Translations under genes and position numbers: made by a program | NCBI GenBank assembly: GCA_052426225.1 | Contig: JBNJNM010000021.1 | Location: forward strand, 1,550,001-1,614,000 | Origin: Zancudomyces culisetae HAW-14-8 | Lineage: Eukaryota; Fungi; Kickxellomycota | Length of the DNA: 64,000 bases | Direction: 5' to 3' | In this document: positions 25,281 to 37,479 of the stretch, in pieces | Layout of the letters: each line of letters begins with the position of its first letter | Numbering within the stretch: the first letter of the stretch is position 1 | The notes under the pieces: generated by a model | Seen by the model: only the letters and a program-made list of their open reading frames with translations | Databases searched by the model: none | Told to the model about the DNA's origin: nothing

Positions 25281-25647
25281 ATGAATTTATTTATACTTTA
25301 TTTGTTTAATATATATATATAATTGTTCAATAACTAGTATTATCGTTATATTTTAAATACTATATAGTCGTTGAATCGCGTAATCAATATATACGTTGAA
25401 TTTCCAAAACCTATTTTTATTGTTTTATCTCGAATCTGATATCTCTCTCTTTTCTCCTTCCTCTAAAATAAATACTAAATATATTTTGAATCGAAACCGA
25501 AATAATTTCACTTATTTACGGTTACGTAATTAAACCAATAAAATTCCTAAAAAATATTATTTCAATTAACCAATAAAACTAAGTATTAATATAACTAAAA
25601 ATGTTAGACTAAAGTCGTATTTGGCACTATACGACAGCACTCCCCCT

Positions 25648-27821
25648 TCAAGCTATAATGTCCTCATTATAACGTGCTTGTTTAAACGTATTTAACTTAG
25701 GTCTCAGGCGACTAGTAATTTCAGGGATCATAAATCTCGATTCGTGATATAGCTTAAGTAAATCTCCATTGACCAAATCTCGGTTCCCAAGCTGGTCTGT
25801 TATAAGGTAGGCACCTTTACTAAACCTTTTTATAATAGTAAATGGACCCTCCCAGAGAGATTCCAATTTACCTCTATCGTATTCTACTACTTTCAAAACT
25901 TTATTTCCGACTTGAAATTTTGTGGGTTTAACAGTCTTATTATATCGAATCTTCTCGGCTTCTTTCGCTGCAACGGCTTTTCGAACACCGATTTTTCGAA
26001 TTTGTGGTAAATCAGATTGCATCAGTTTAAGTCGGTGCTCGATTTGTTCGACGTCGTCTTCGATTATCCCGTTCGTCTTCCACGTCGAAGGCATTTGCAA
26101 TTCGGTTCCATAAAGCATCTCGGCAGGTGTATATCCGGTACTTTTACTGTTCATTGTACGCATAGTAAGTAGTACTTTCCACAAGTACCTATCCCAATTA
26201 TTCTTATCTACTTTGCATATTTTTTGTAATAAACTTACTAATGTTTTATTTAACCGTTCAACTTGTCCATTCGACTGCGGGCGGTAAGAAGTAGTCGGAC
26301 TGTGGTCCAGTTGCAACCAGGAGTAAACTTCCGTCAATACATTACTGACAAAACTCGAACCTCTATCCGTTATTATCTTTTGCGGTACCCCATAGTAAGT
26401 CACAATTTCGTTTATTACAAAATCCACAATAGTCTCACTTAGTAAATTTTCAACTGCAACTGCAATAGGCCATTTAGTACAATAGTCTATTGCAGTTAGT
26501 ATATAGCGATTCCCTGTTTCAGAAACAGGATTAATGGGACCGATTGCGTCCATACCGAATACTTCGAAAGGCCTAACCGCATGTACTGGATTCAAACCGT
26601 GCTTTCGAGTTCTCCCATCCTTGTACGTCTGACAAGTGTGACACCTCTTGACGTAGTCGGCTACCTGCCTGTATAACCCTTTCGAATAGTGATCTCTGCT
26701 CACTCTAGCCCAAGTATTTTCGATCCCCTCGTGTGTTTCCTCATGGACCTTTTTGACTAGTTCGATGCTTTCCGCTTCCGTTAGAACTTCTTTCAACTTA
26801 CCTATTACCCATTTGTAAATAACACCATCTATCACCTTAAAATATTTTGCTTTTTTCTTTATTTTTTCAACTAATTTAACAGTAGCTTCTCGCGGTATAG
26901 TACCGCCTAATAAATAATTTCTAACTAAACTTTCTTCACTGTATACCATTCCGAACACCTCAACATGCTCATCCTCGGTTATCTCATGTATTCCACTTCT
27001 TGACAAATGGTCCGCTGGATTGACCTTTCCAGCTATATGGACTATATCAAACTCAAAGTTACGCAGAAACATAGCCCACCTGGCTAGTCTTCCACTTAGT
27101 TCTTCACCGTTAAACATGTTAAGTAGTGCTTTATGATCCGTCCTAATAATAAATTTTCTTCCGTAAACATAAAACTTGAACTTCTTTACGGCCCACACGA
27201 CCGCCAGTCCCTCCAGGTGACTAATTGAATAATTTCTTTCCGCCTTGTTTGTAGTTCGGCTCGCGTATTCAATCGGTCATTCATTTCCATCAACCTCTTG
27301 CGATAAAATCGCTCCGACTCCACATATCGCTGCGTCCGTTGTTACAATAAAAGTTTCGTCCCAATTCGGATGTGCAAGTACTGGCGTATTTGTCATAGCA
27401 TTTTTCATTCCTCGAAACGCTTCGTCTTGTTCTTTTCCCCATTTCCAACCTGTACCTTTTTTTAATAATTGTGTTAGTGGGTTAGCGACTATAGCATATC
27501 TTTCAATAAATTTTCTATAGTATCCAGTCATCCCTAAAAATGACTGAACTTCCTTCACACAAGTTGGAGGCTTCAAATTCGCAATTGATTCTACTTTTAC
27601 CGAACTTGTAGCTATACCATCACCAGAAATAACGTGCCCCAAGTAGTCAGTTCTATACAATCCTATTTTGCACTTGTCTTTGTGTAACTGTATTTGCCCT
27701 TCTTTTAATAACTCCATAACCTCTCTTAAATCTTCTAAATGACTGTCCTCGCTTTTAGAAAAAATTATTATGTCATCTACAAAGACAACAGCTTTTTTCC
27801 AAAGCACTTTTTTTAACACAG
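25648..27821 (-). CDS. Element B pol, 3' part (RT end, RNase H, integrase), one frameshift near 27276
   Basis: VFVDD, TTDAA, ADHLSR, HEETH...CHTC, ITDRGS, GQVER, WEGPF. Confidence 0.9.
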
Positions 27822-28233
27822 TGTCACGACTTGACACTAAGTACTATATGTTTACTTGGCTATGATTTATTTAATAAAATACTATGAGATGAAAAGTATT
27901 TTATTGCTAAAGTTTCCTAAAGCAATAAAATCCTTGTCCTTATATAGTTTTACAATATACAAAATTAATTGTAAAACATTATAAAAACTATACTTAAACT
28001 ATAACTTAAACTAAATAATATTAACTGTCAACTCCACAGTTAACATTTAATAATATGGGGTAAAACCAAATTATTAAAAATTATTAATTCTTACTCCATA
28101 ATTAATAATTTATGAAGTAAGAATTAAAGCGGAGAAACGTTAATAAATTTAACATTTGCTATTTTTAATAACATATTAAAAATAACAATAATGTCATGAA
28201 TGAATCATGACATCACTCCCCTCTAATGCCTAC

Positions 28234-31200
28234 TCAAGGACCTGGCTGATTCGGATATTGGTTGTGGAAGTCGGCTACAATTTCAGGGGCGTGGACATCT
28301 GATGCGTCTTCCCATGTTCTATCCTCAGGTGCGTATCCTTTCCAGTCGATTAGATATTTCAATTTACCTTTGGATATTTTAGAGTCGAGTATAGCAGCTA
28401 CTTCGTACTCTTCTTGGTTATCAACAATAACAGGTGGAGGTGGTAGTTCTTGAATACGGTTAAACGTTTCTGTGGCCTTGTATGGTTTCAAGAGTGATAC
28501 ATGAAATACAGGGTGTATTCTCATGGTTGCAGGAAGTTTGAGTCTTGCAGCTACTGGGTTAACCATCTCAATTATTTCAAATGGTCCAATGTATTTGAAA
28601 TCCAGTTTTTGAGATGGTCTCATGGTTTTAAGATTAGTTTGAGACAACCAAACCTTATCTCCTGGAGTGAGAACAACTTGAGGGTTTCTTTTGCGATCAG
28701 CAAACCTCTTGTAGTTCTCCTTGGCCTTACTTAGGTGTAGTTTTAACTCAGTTTGAATAGTTTGCAGATGACTAGCAAACTCCTGAGCACTTGGTACATT
28801 GGAATCATTGAGGTTGCTAATCATAAACTGGGGATCATACCCATAATTAGCATGAAATGGACTAACCTTGGTACTAGCGTGAGTTGCATTGTTGTAAGCA
28901 AACTCAGCCATCGGAAGCAACTGACACCAATTATCTTGTTGATAGTTAACAAAACACCTCAAATACTGTTCAAGTATTTGATTGATGCGTTCAGTTTGAC
29001 CATCAGATTGTGGGTGGTATGCAGTAGAGTGATGAAGTTTGATGTTTAGAAGTCGAGAGAGTTCGGTCCAAAACTTGGATACAAACTGTGGGCCACGATC
29101 GGAGACAATGCTGTTGGGAAGTCCATGTAGTTTAAATACATGATCCATAAAACTTGAGGCAGTAACAGAAGCAGATGGTGTACTTTTGAGAGGGATGAAA
29201 TGAGCCATCTTGGTGAGACGATCCACAACAACCAGTACAACAGTGTTGCCCTGTGCACGTGGTAGTTCCACAATGAAATCCATTGATACTGATTCCCAAG
29301 GACGATTGGGAGTATTCAATGGCATTAAGAGTCCTGATGGCTTAGTAGACATGTGTTTTGCTCGGTTGCAGGTATCGCAAGAGTCGATGTAGTCATTAAT
29401 TGTGGCCTTCATCTTTGGCCACCAGAACTGACGTGAAACCAAGGACATGGTTTTAGCGTGACCAAAATGTCCAGCTGGCAGTGAGTCATGACACATGGCA
29501 AGAACTTGAAGACGCAGTGATTCAGGAACAAAAATCCTATCGTTGTACAATAAGATATTATCAGAACAGGAGACTTTTGAGTTGTTTAAAAGTTCTTGAG
29601 CTTGAGTATCAGATTCAGTAATTGGTTTGATTTGAGAAATGATATCACTAGTCTGGCTGGTGTCAATAGCTGCAATTACAAACTTGGGTTGCCAGATAGG
29701 TCTATCCTCAAGATTCACCCCCTCCTTATGCTCATCCTTCCTAGATAGAGCATCTGCTTTACCGTTTTGTGATCCTGGACGGTAATTAACTCGATATCGA
29801 ACCGGGTTAAGAACAGGGCCCATCTTGCTTGACGCTGATTTAGAATCTTGGCGGAGCGAAAATACTCAAGATTCTTGTGGTCGGTGATGACCAAAACCGG
29901 ATGAGAGGCACCTTCTAGATGATGTCGCCACTGCTCGAGGGCTCATTTGATGGCTAGAAGTGCCTTGTCATAGATGTGGTAGTTTCTTTCAGCAGGATTC
30001 AGCGTTCGGGAATAGAAAGCTACAGGATGAGTTTCACCATTGATTTTCTGAGATAACACAGCTTCTAGAGCAAAGTTGGATGCATCACATTCGAGGAGAA
30101 ACTGAGTTTCTGGGTCAGGATGTGAGAGAACGGGAGCTGTGGTACATTGTTCCTTGAGAGTATCAAACGCAGATTGTTGTGCTGAGCCCCAGATAAACTG
30201 GGCATTATTCTTGATTAAGGAGGTAATCGGAGTTACAATACGTGAGAAGTCTTGGATAAAACGGCGATAGAAGTTAACAAATCCAAGGAAGGATTGGATG
30301 TCCTTGACTGATTTTGGTGTATCCCAATCCAATATTGCAGATACTCGAGACGGATCCATGACTAGGCCTGCAGGTGTGATTATGAAGCCTAAAAACTCTA
30401 CTCTTTCTTGGTCAAACTCACACTTTTCAAGTTTGGCGTAGAGTTTGTGAGCGATTAGTCTTTCTAAAACAGTACGAACGTGGGTGGTATGTTCTTCAGG
30501 TGTTGCAGAAAATACCAGAATGTCATCAAGGTATATGACAACATAGACGTCTAGGATATCACGAAAAACGTCATTGACAAATGATTGAAAGGTTCCAGGA
30601 GCATTAGCCAGACCGAATGGCATAACTTTGTACTCAAACTGACCATACTGTGTTCGGAAAGCCGTTTTTTCTTCATCGCCTTTCCTTATGCGTACCAGAT
30701 TGTACGCGCCACGCAGATCAAGTTTGGTGAAGATTTTGGCAGATTGAACTCGTTCCAGTAGCTCAGTCATCAACGGTAAAGGATACCGGTTACGTTTGAC
30801 GACTTTGTTTAGAGCTCTGTAGTCCACAACTAGTCTTAAAGAGCCATCTTTTTTACCTGTGAAGAATACAGGGGCTCCAGCAGGTGATTTCGAGCGGACT
30901 ATGAAACCTTTTGCAAGGTTTTCATCGATGTACTCCTTAAGCGCTGTTCGCTCCTTTGGAGCAAGTGGGTATATTGGTCCATAAGGTAAAACAGAGTTGG
31001 GTAGCAGATCAATTGGGTAGTCATAAGGGCGATGAGGAGGTAGAGTATCGGCCTTTTGTTTGTCAAAAGCTTGGCTGAGGTCTTGATATTTACTTGGAAT
31101 AGTAGCAGTTAAGGAATCAGGAGGTAGTGAAATTGGTTTGGCTTGGTTTATCATGCCTATCAAATGATAAACAGAGTGTTTTAACTTTTTGATAGGCACC

Positions 31201-32368
31201 TTTTGTTGGAACTCAATATCACAAGAACGTTTGCGAATTGGTTCAACCGGATCAGCTGGTGGTGGAGTCATCGGGCGTAACTCTTCAAAAGTTTCCATAT
31301 CAGCACTCTGAATACTATTTTCAGAGTCGGCACTTTGAATTGAGATGTCGCTGATATCGGAACTTGGTGAAAAGTACAGCTCAGAATCCAACGAATACAC
31401 TGATTCAAGTTCATAATCTAAATCTGTTTCATATTCTGGATCAGAAATTTTATCATCATTTTCAGAATATGAGGTGGATTCTTGATCCTGAACTGACTCA
31501 ATGACTTCTTGGTTGTGTACTTGGTTATGGGGATCCTGGTTTAAGTTTTTCTGGCTATTGACAGTAATTTCCTGGCTATTGTAAGTATTTTCCTGGCTAT
31601 GGTTTTCCTGGCTGTGGTTAGTCTCCTGGTTTAAATTTTCCTGGCTGTGGTTATTTTGGCAATGGATAGTCTGACTGTGGTTATCTTTAACATGGTTTTC
31701 CTGGTTGTTAGTTTCCTGACTTTGGGTTTCTTGGCTGAGGTTATTCTGGCTAATTAGTGCTGGTCCTGGTCCTGGTCCTGGTGCTTGTCTTGACATGACT
31801 GAGGTATTAGTCTTGATAATCGTTTGATTGGATCTTTGAGTTGAGAACCTTTTGATATTGCAGTGTTTTTGGCAATATGCATTATCAAAATGAATTAATC
31901 TCTTCTTCCAATTGATAGTGGGCTCATGGTGTTCAAGCCACGGAAGTCCTAAAATCATGTCAACATGGTGGGAGTTTATGATTTCAAACGTGGCTACTTC
32001 TTGGTGAACTCCAATCTTGATTTTGAGCGGGACAGTTTGGTGTGTGATTGGACCGGCAGACATTGGAGTACCATCTACAAACTCCACAGGTATTGGAGTT
32101 GTTTTGGAAATGGATGGAATGGAATGGTTAGATACAAAACCTTGGTTTATGAACAAACCAGAAGCACCTGAATCTACCATGGCGACGATTTGCAACTTTA
32201 CGTTACTTGGGAGTAGTAAGAAACAGTGACAAGAAAACGATGGGGGTTGTAGACGTCTCGGATACTGCTGACTTGATGGACAAAGGATCTGGAACGGGGG
32301 AAGTCTTTGGTTGGGATGGTTTGGTTCAGGATTGGCTTCCCAATTAAGCCTGAACCCGGTGGTTTCCC
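28234..32368 (-). CDS. Chromovirus Pol (PR-RT-RH-IN-chromodomain) with disruptions near 29.8-29.95 kb
   Basis: [23 protein letters not shown]...[25 protein letters not shown]...YLIDWKGY...TWE. Confidence 0.92.
32311..32368 (-). promoter_or_regulatory. -1 frameshift signal: GGGAAAC plus predicted pseudoknot
   Basis: G GGA AAC (32362-68), 5-nt spacer, stem GGTTCAGG/CCTGAACC, loop TTGGGA complementary to downstream TCCCAA; lies in the gag/pol overlap. Confidence 0.8.
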
Positions 32369-33233
32369 TGCTTAGTTTTCTTAAGCTTTTCGGGACAGGT
32401 GGTAACTTGGTGGCCTTCTCCGCCGCAGTAATAGCAGAGACCAAGTTTCATTCTGCGTTCTCTCTCGGTTGGAGAGACGACACGCTGGACAGCATCCACT
32501 TGCATGGGTTCTGGCTGAGAACCGGTGGCTTGTACATAAGGCTGAATGCCTCTTCTTCTTCTGGCTTTGTTCTCCTTGCGCCTGGTTAACCTGGCATCAA
32601 TGAGCATTGCAGCATTGATGTAACCTTCCAAATCATCAGGATTTGGAATAGCGCAAGGGTGTCGAGCACGGCTTCGCTCAGACCCTCGGCAAACTGGGAT
32701 ACGAGAGCTGACTCGTTCCAGTCGAGATCCATCATTAAACGACGGAACTCTGATGCATACATTGAGACAGGTGAGGTGCCCTGTTTCAATGCCCTGATAG
32801 CATCATTGGCTGTTTGAGACCGTTGAGGGTCATCAAACACCTTGGCGAACTCTTTCATAAAGAGTTCGTAGTCCTGGAGCACAGGGCTACCCTTTTCAAT
32901 GTAAGGGCTAGCCCAACGGAGCGCATTCCCTGTGAGAAGGGACATAACAAGACCAACCTTGTTGGTGGCGGACGGGTAGTGGTCTGGGTGGGTAAAGAAC
33001 AGTAGACGGCATTGGTTTACAAAACCACGAAAGTTGCTGCGATCTCCGTCATACCTTTCTGGCATGGCTATGCGGGCAGCGGCTGGCTGGACTGGGATTG
33101 GTACAGGTGCGGCCTGGGCGGACTTTTCTTGTTCTGCTGGCGGATCAGGTGGAGCAGATTGTTGGGATTTCAATCGCTCGTTTTTTTCTTTAAGCCTTTG
33201 ATAATCGGCTAACAATTCACGGTATTTAGACAT
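32344..33233 (-). CDS. Chromovirus Gag (PEG10/RTL1-like capsid plus CCHC knuckle), one frameshift near 32640
   Basis: PERYDGDRSNFRGFVNQC, LTGNALRWA, LKQG, PEPMQVD, CYYCGGEGHQVTTC. Confidence 0.9.
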
Positions 33234-33654
33234 AATAGTAGGTAGTGTAAGAGCAATAAAATAATTCACGACTTGACACTAAGTACTATATGTTTACTTG
33301 GCTATGATTTATTTAATAAAATACTATGAGATGAAAAGTATTTCATTGCTAAAGTTTCCTAAAGAAATAAAATCCATGTCCTTATATAGTTTTACAATAT
33401 ACAAAATTAATTGTAAAACATTATAAAAACTATACTTAAACTATAACTTAAACTAAATAATATTAACTGTCAACTCCACAGTTAACATTTAATAATATGG
33501 GGTAAAACCAAATTATTAAATATTATTAATTCTTACTCCATAATTAATAATTTATGGATTAAGAATTAAAGCGGAGAAACGTTAATAAATTTAACATTTG
33601 CTATTTTTAATAACATATTAAAAATAACAATAATGTCATGAATGAATCATGACA

Positions 33655-35781
33655 CACAGTCTCCATCGTTCTTTGAAAGGTAGAGGGGCTGTTTGTCAAA
33701 CCGAACGGCATGACGTTGTAGAGATAACTCCCCCCTCCTGGCAAAGCAAATGTGGTTTTCTCCTTATCCTCTTCTGACATCTTTATTTGCCAAAAGCCGC
33801 TGAGTGCATCTAATGTTGTAAAGATACACGCACCAGCTAAGGCCATAAAAAGGTCCTGAATGATCGGCAACGGGTACGAGTCTTTAACCGTCACCGCGTT
33901 TAACTTCCTATAGTCTGCGCAGATGCGCAGCTTACCATTCTTCTTCTGGACAACAACAACTGGGGAGCACCACTCGGCGTTACTTGGTGCGATAACTTTT
34001 TGCTCAAGCATCCTATCGATTTCCAACCCTACTTCCTCTTGCAGTCGAAATGGTATCCTATAGGGCCTCTGTTTGATTGGCCTGATATCTGTGAGTACTA
34101 TCTTATGCTCTGCAACGTTAGTTTGTTTTAATTTATCTATATCCTCTACAAATAAATCATCATATTCCTCTAACAGTTCCACTATACCATTATTTAATTT
34201 TCCTTGTGTTCCTATGGGCGCTTCAGAAACTAAATATAAATCCCATTCTTCTTCAACCACCGGCGTCGCTTTGGTTGTTACCAGCGGGGTAACTACTTCG
34301 GCTCTGTCAACTGGCAGTCTCAACTCCGGAATTCCTAGGTTTAGGTTTGCTTTATGCTTAAGCAGCCAGTCCATACCTAAAATTAAGGTAGGTACCTTGT
34401 TGCCCAGCACCACTAAGGATGCAACAAACTCAATTCTACTAATCATAATAGGTACTCCCGTAACTATCCCAAGAGTCTCATGTCGTTTACCATCCGCCGT
34501 GATGATAACATGTGAACTTTTGTGTTTCGGCTCCAAACCAATCTTCAGCAAAGCACCAGTAGTTACGACGGAGCAGGCGGCTCCCGTGTCCACTACAGCT
34601 TTCCACTGTTGTTGGTATATCTCCACAGACATATTACAGTTAGTAGTAGTCTTTTCTTGCAGTCTTATCTCGTTCAGGGCAGTGTTAGGTCCAACCTCGA
34701 CAATGTTTTTCCACTCTTGCGCTATCTTCTCTGAGTTGTGCAACAGCTGTATCATGCTTATTTTAGGGTAAACCTTTTCTAATTCTTCCCTTAAATTAAA
34801 CTTTTTACCTTTATCAATCCTAACAAACTCAGGTTGCACACTCCTCTCAGTTAAGACTTCCGGTTCCTCTGTCTCCCTGGTGTTCCTAACTTTTGCTGGC
34901 CTGCCTACTCTGCCCATTGACTCTACTGCTTTCCGTTTCTCGACTGTAAGTACTTCATCTTCTATAGTGATTTCTTTGTCCATATCTAAGAAATTCACCT
35001 TCTTCTCCGCATGCTCCTTCTGGAACAGTGGACATTCAAATCTCCGGTGACCTTTTTCATGGCAGTAGTAGCACTCCCAAGCGCTTGCCCTTTCCACTTT
35101 TGACTGACTCACGTATTCCTTTTTAGGGGCGACTGTCTTATCCAACTTTTCTAAGAGACTGACGCTAAGCTCCTGGAATGTCTTGAGAAACTCTCCAAAC
35201 TGCCCGGACTCCGTGGTTAACTCTTTAACCGTCTTTCCAGCTCGGGTAGCGGCGTTCTTAGTAGCTGGCTTGCTACTCTTCGCTAACGCCAGAGTATCTC
35301 CCCTACCATTCTTACTTTGCTCCATCTTGGTTACAAAGGTTAGTACCTGCTCTCTATCCAATTCTTCCTTGTCAGATAGTCTTTCTCTAATCTCATCCGA
35401 GAATGTACTCACTAGCGAACCAATCTTTGTCTCTTCTTCTTTTATTCCTACTTGTTCCCAGAGCTTCTCAAGCTCCATCTCTAACTCTTCTAGACTTTCA
35501 AACTCGGTGCGTTTGATAGATCCCAACCTGTTCCAAGCTCCACCTGTGGAGTACACATTGCTGAATTTCTTCCTGAATTCCTTAGCAAAGACATCCCAAG
35601 TCGTAAAGCTCTTCTTGTTTCTCTTGTACCAGATTGTCTCGGACTTCCCAAGCCACAACTTAACTAACCCAACCCAATCCTCAGGGGCCCACTTGTTAAT
35701 CTTAGCAATCAATTGGAAATCATCAATCCAGTCCTCGGCGTTGATTCCTTTTCCACTCTCAAACTTAGTGACTTTGTCCAT
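33655..35781 (-). CDS. Element B gag-PR-RT 5' part (single frame)
   Basis: CYYCHEKGHRRFEC, VDTGA, DYRKLN, LDALSGFWQI, MPFGL. Confidence 0.92.
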
Positions 35782-36191
35782 CGTTAATAACTTTAAATGT
35801 AGATTACGACAGAAGGCACCACTGTCGTATAAATGAATTTATTTATACTTTATTTGTTTAATATATATATATAATTGTTCAATAACTAGTATTATCGTTA
35901 TATTTTAAATACTATATAGTCGTTGAATCGCGTAATCAATATATACGTTGAATTTCCAAAACCTATTTTTATTGTTTTATCTCGAATCTGATATCTCTCT
36001 CTTTTCTCCTTCCTCTAAAATAAATACTAAATATATTTTGAATCGAAACCGAAATAATTTCACTTATTTACGGTTACGTAATTAAACCAATAAAATTCCT
36101 AAAAAATATTATTTCAATTAACCAATAAAACTAAGTATTAATATAACTAAAAATGTTTGACTAAAGTCGTATTTGGCACTATACGACAGTT

Positions 36192-36787
36192 TGTTGTATC
36201 CAAAAGCATCAACTTAAATTTACCGCTTTCATTGCAGCTAAATAGCAGAGAAATCAATTTTGAAAAAATTGTTTCCTGAGCAATTCAATTTAGAGTACAA
36301 AAATTATGACCATGTCATAAATTTTTGTCAACTTTACAGCCAATTTAATAGTACAAATCGATTTATTTTTTAGTCGAATCGATTTTATCCTTTATTAGTG
36401 GATTTATTTTTAATCAATTATATTAGTATATTATTAGTATAAATTGAAAAATTTGTAAATCCGACCAAAACCACACTAAAAGTAAAAATAAACATATATC
36501 GAGAGGCGTAATACTATTTATTTAGTGTAAGGAAAGGGCCATTTTGGCTATATTTTCCAGGTTTTGGGCGGAATTCTTTTATATAAAATTATTTTTACCA
36601 AAAATTGTGGAAATTGTCCAGTTGTGTGCTTTCCGAGGGGGTTTTATAGATAGTGGTTAACTGGCTAGAACTGGTAAATCCTGTGTCAGTAATAACCACC
36701 CTTCTAGGGAACCGTGATTGATATTAGTGGAAGTTTTTTGGGAAAATCCTATTGGACTAGTACTAAAAAATGAAAACGAATTCAACA
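36192..36787. mobile_element. Solo LTR C (596 bp)
   Basis: TGTTG...CAACA; TSD TGTT recovered after removing element B. Confidence 0.8.
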
Positions 36788-36790
36788 TGT

Positions 36791-37476
36791 TGTTGTAATT
36801 TTAGATTGCACAAAATTTCTCAGGAAATTTCCGCAACTAAACCTACAAAAAGTTCTGCTAATAGAGGGGGATTGTTACTGGAATAAGTTTTACTTTATTT
36901 AATCAGTCAAATCTACCTTTATAGCTTATATTTAATTTAGTTTTATGTATTTATTACTTCAATAAATGCGATAAAACTGGGTAAAATTACGCCCAACTCC
37001 TAAAATTTGGTGTGCAAAACAATTAATTTTGGTCCAAAAATTAGACTCTGATACCTTTCTGATACCCTTTGAAAATTGTGTTACGCTTCACTACCTATGT
37101 TTTTTTTTGGTTTTAGGTAGGTTTTTGCTCAAATCACTAATTTCAATTTTATAGAGTAAAATCAAGTAATTTAGAGCTAATTTGTATTTTATTTAATGAA
37201 TAACTTTTAAAAATAAAAAGATAATACCACCAAACTTGTGGTGGGGTTACTAGAATATACTAGTACCAGCCTAGCTATTTTATTTAAACTTTATTTATAG
37301 AAACTTAAAATAAAACAATTAAAACTAAATATTTCTCCAACATTTGGGTAATTTATTACCCAAGAAATCCCAGATTTCTTGCTCGAACACCCGAGATAAC
37401 GGTGGTTATTCGGTGTTTGAGAAGCTGTATGCTGTTCATCCAATAGTTTAGCTTGAGTAGAACTAAGCATACAACA
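36791..37476. mobile_element. Solo LTR family A, copy 2 (686 bp)
   Basis: Near-identical to 23214-23901. Confidence 0.9.
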
Positions 37477-37479
37477 TTG

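Larger units (their letters stand above)
27822..33654 (-). mobile_element. Full-length chromovirus (Tf1/sushi-like) nested in the RT of element B
   Basis: LTRs 27822-28212 and 33265-33654; 5-bp TSD CACAG; PPT GAGGGGAG; removing it restores METV-LKKVLWK in element B. Confidence 0.96.
25271..36188 (-). mobile_element. Full-length Ty3/Gypsy element B (no chromodomain), interrupted by a chromovirus
   Basis: 366-bp LTRs 25271-25636 and 35823-36188 (1 difference seen); TSD GTTT; PPT GAAGGGGGAG; PBS-like TGGTGCC at 35815-21; gag-PR-RT-RH-IN order. Confidence 0.95.

Noticed and set aside
34073-35836. Long antisense ORFs opposite element B gag-pol, and similar ones opposite the DIRS, Tc1 and host genes
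   Set aside because: Shadow frames of real coding strands, without independent motifs.
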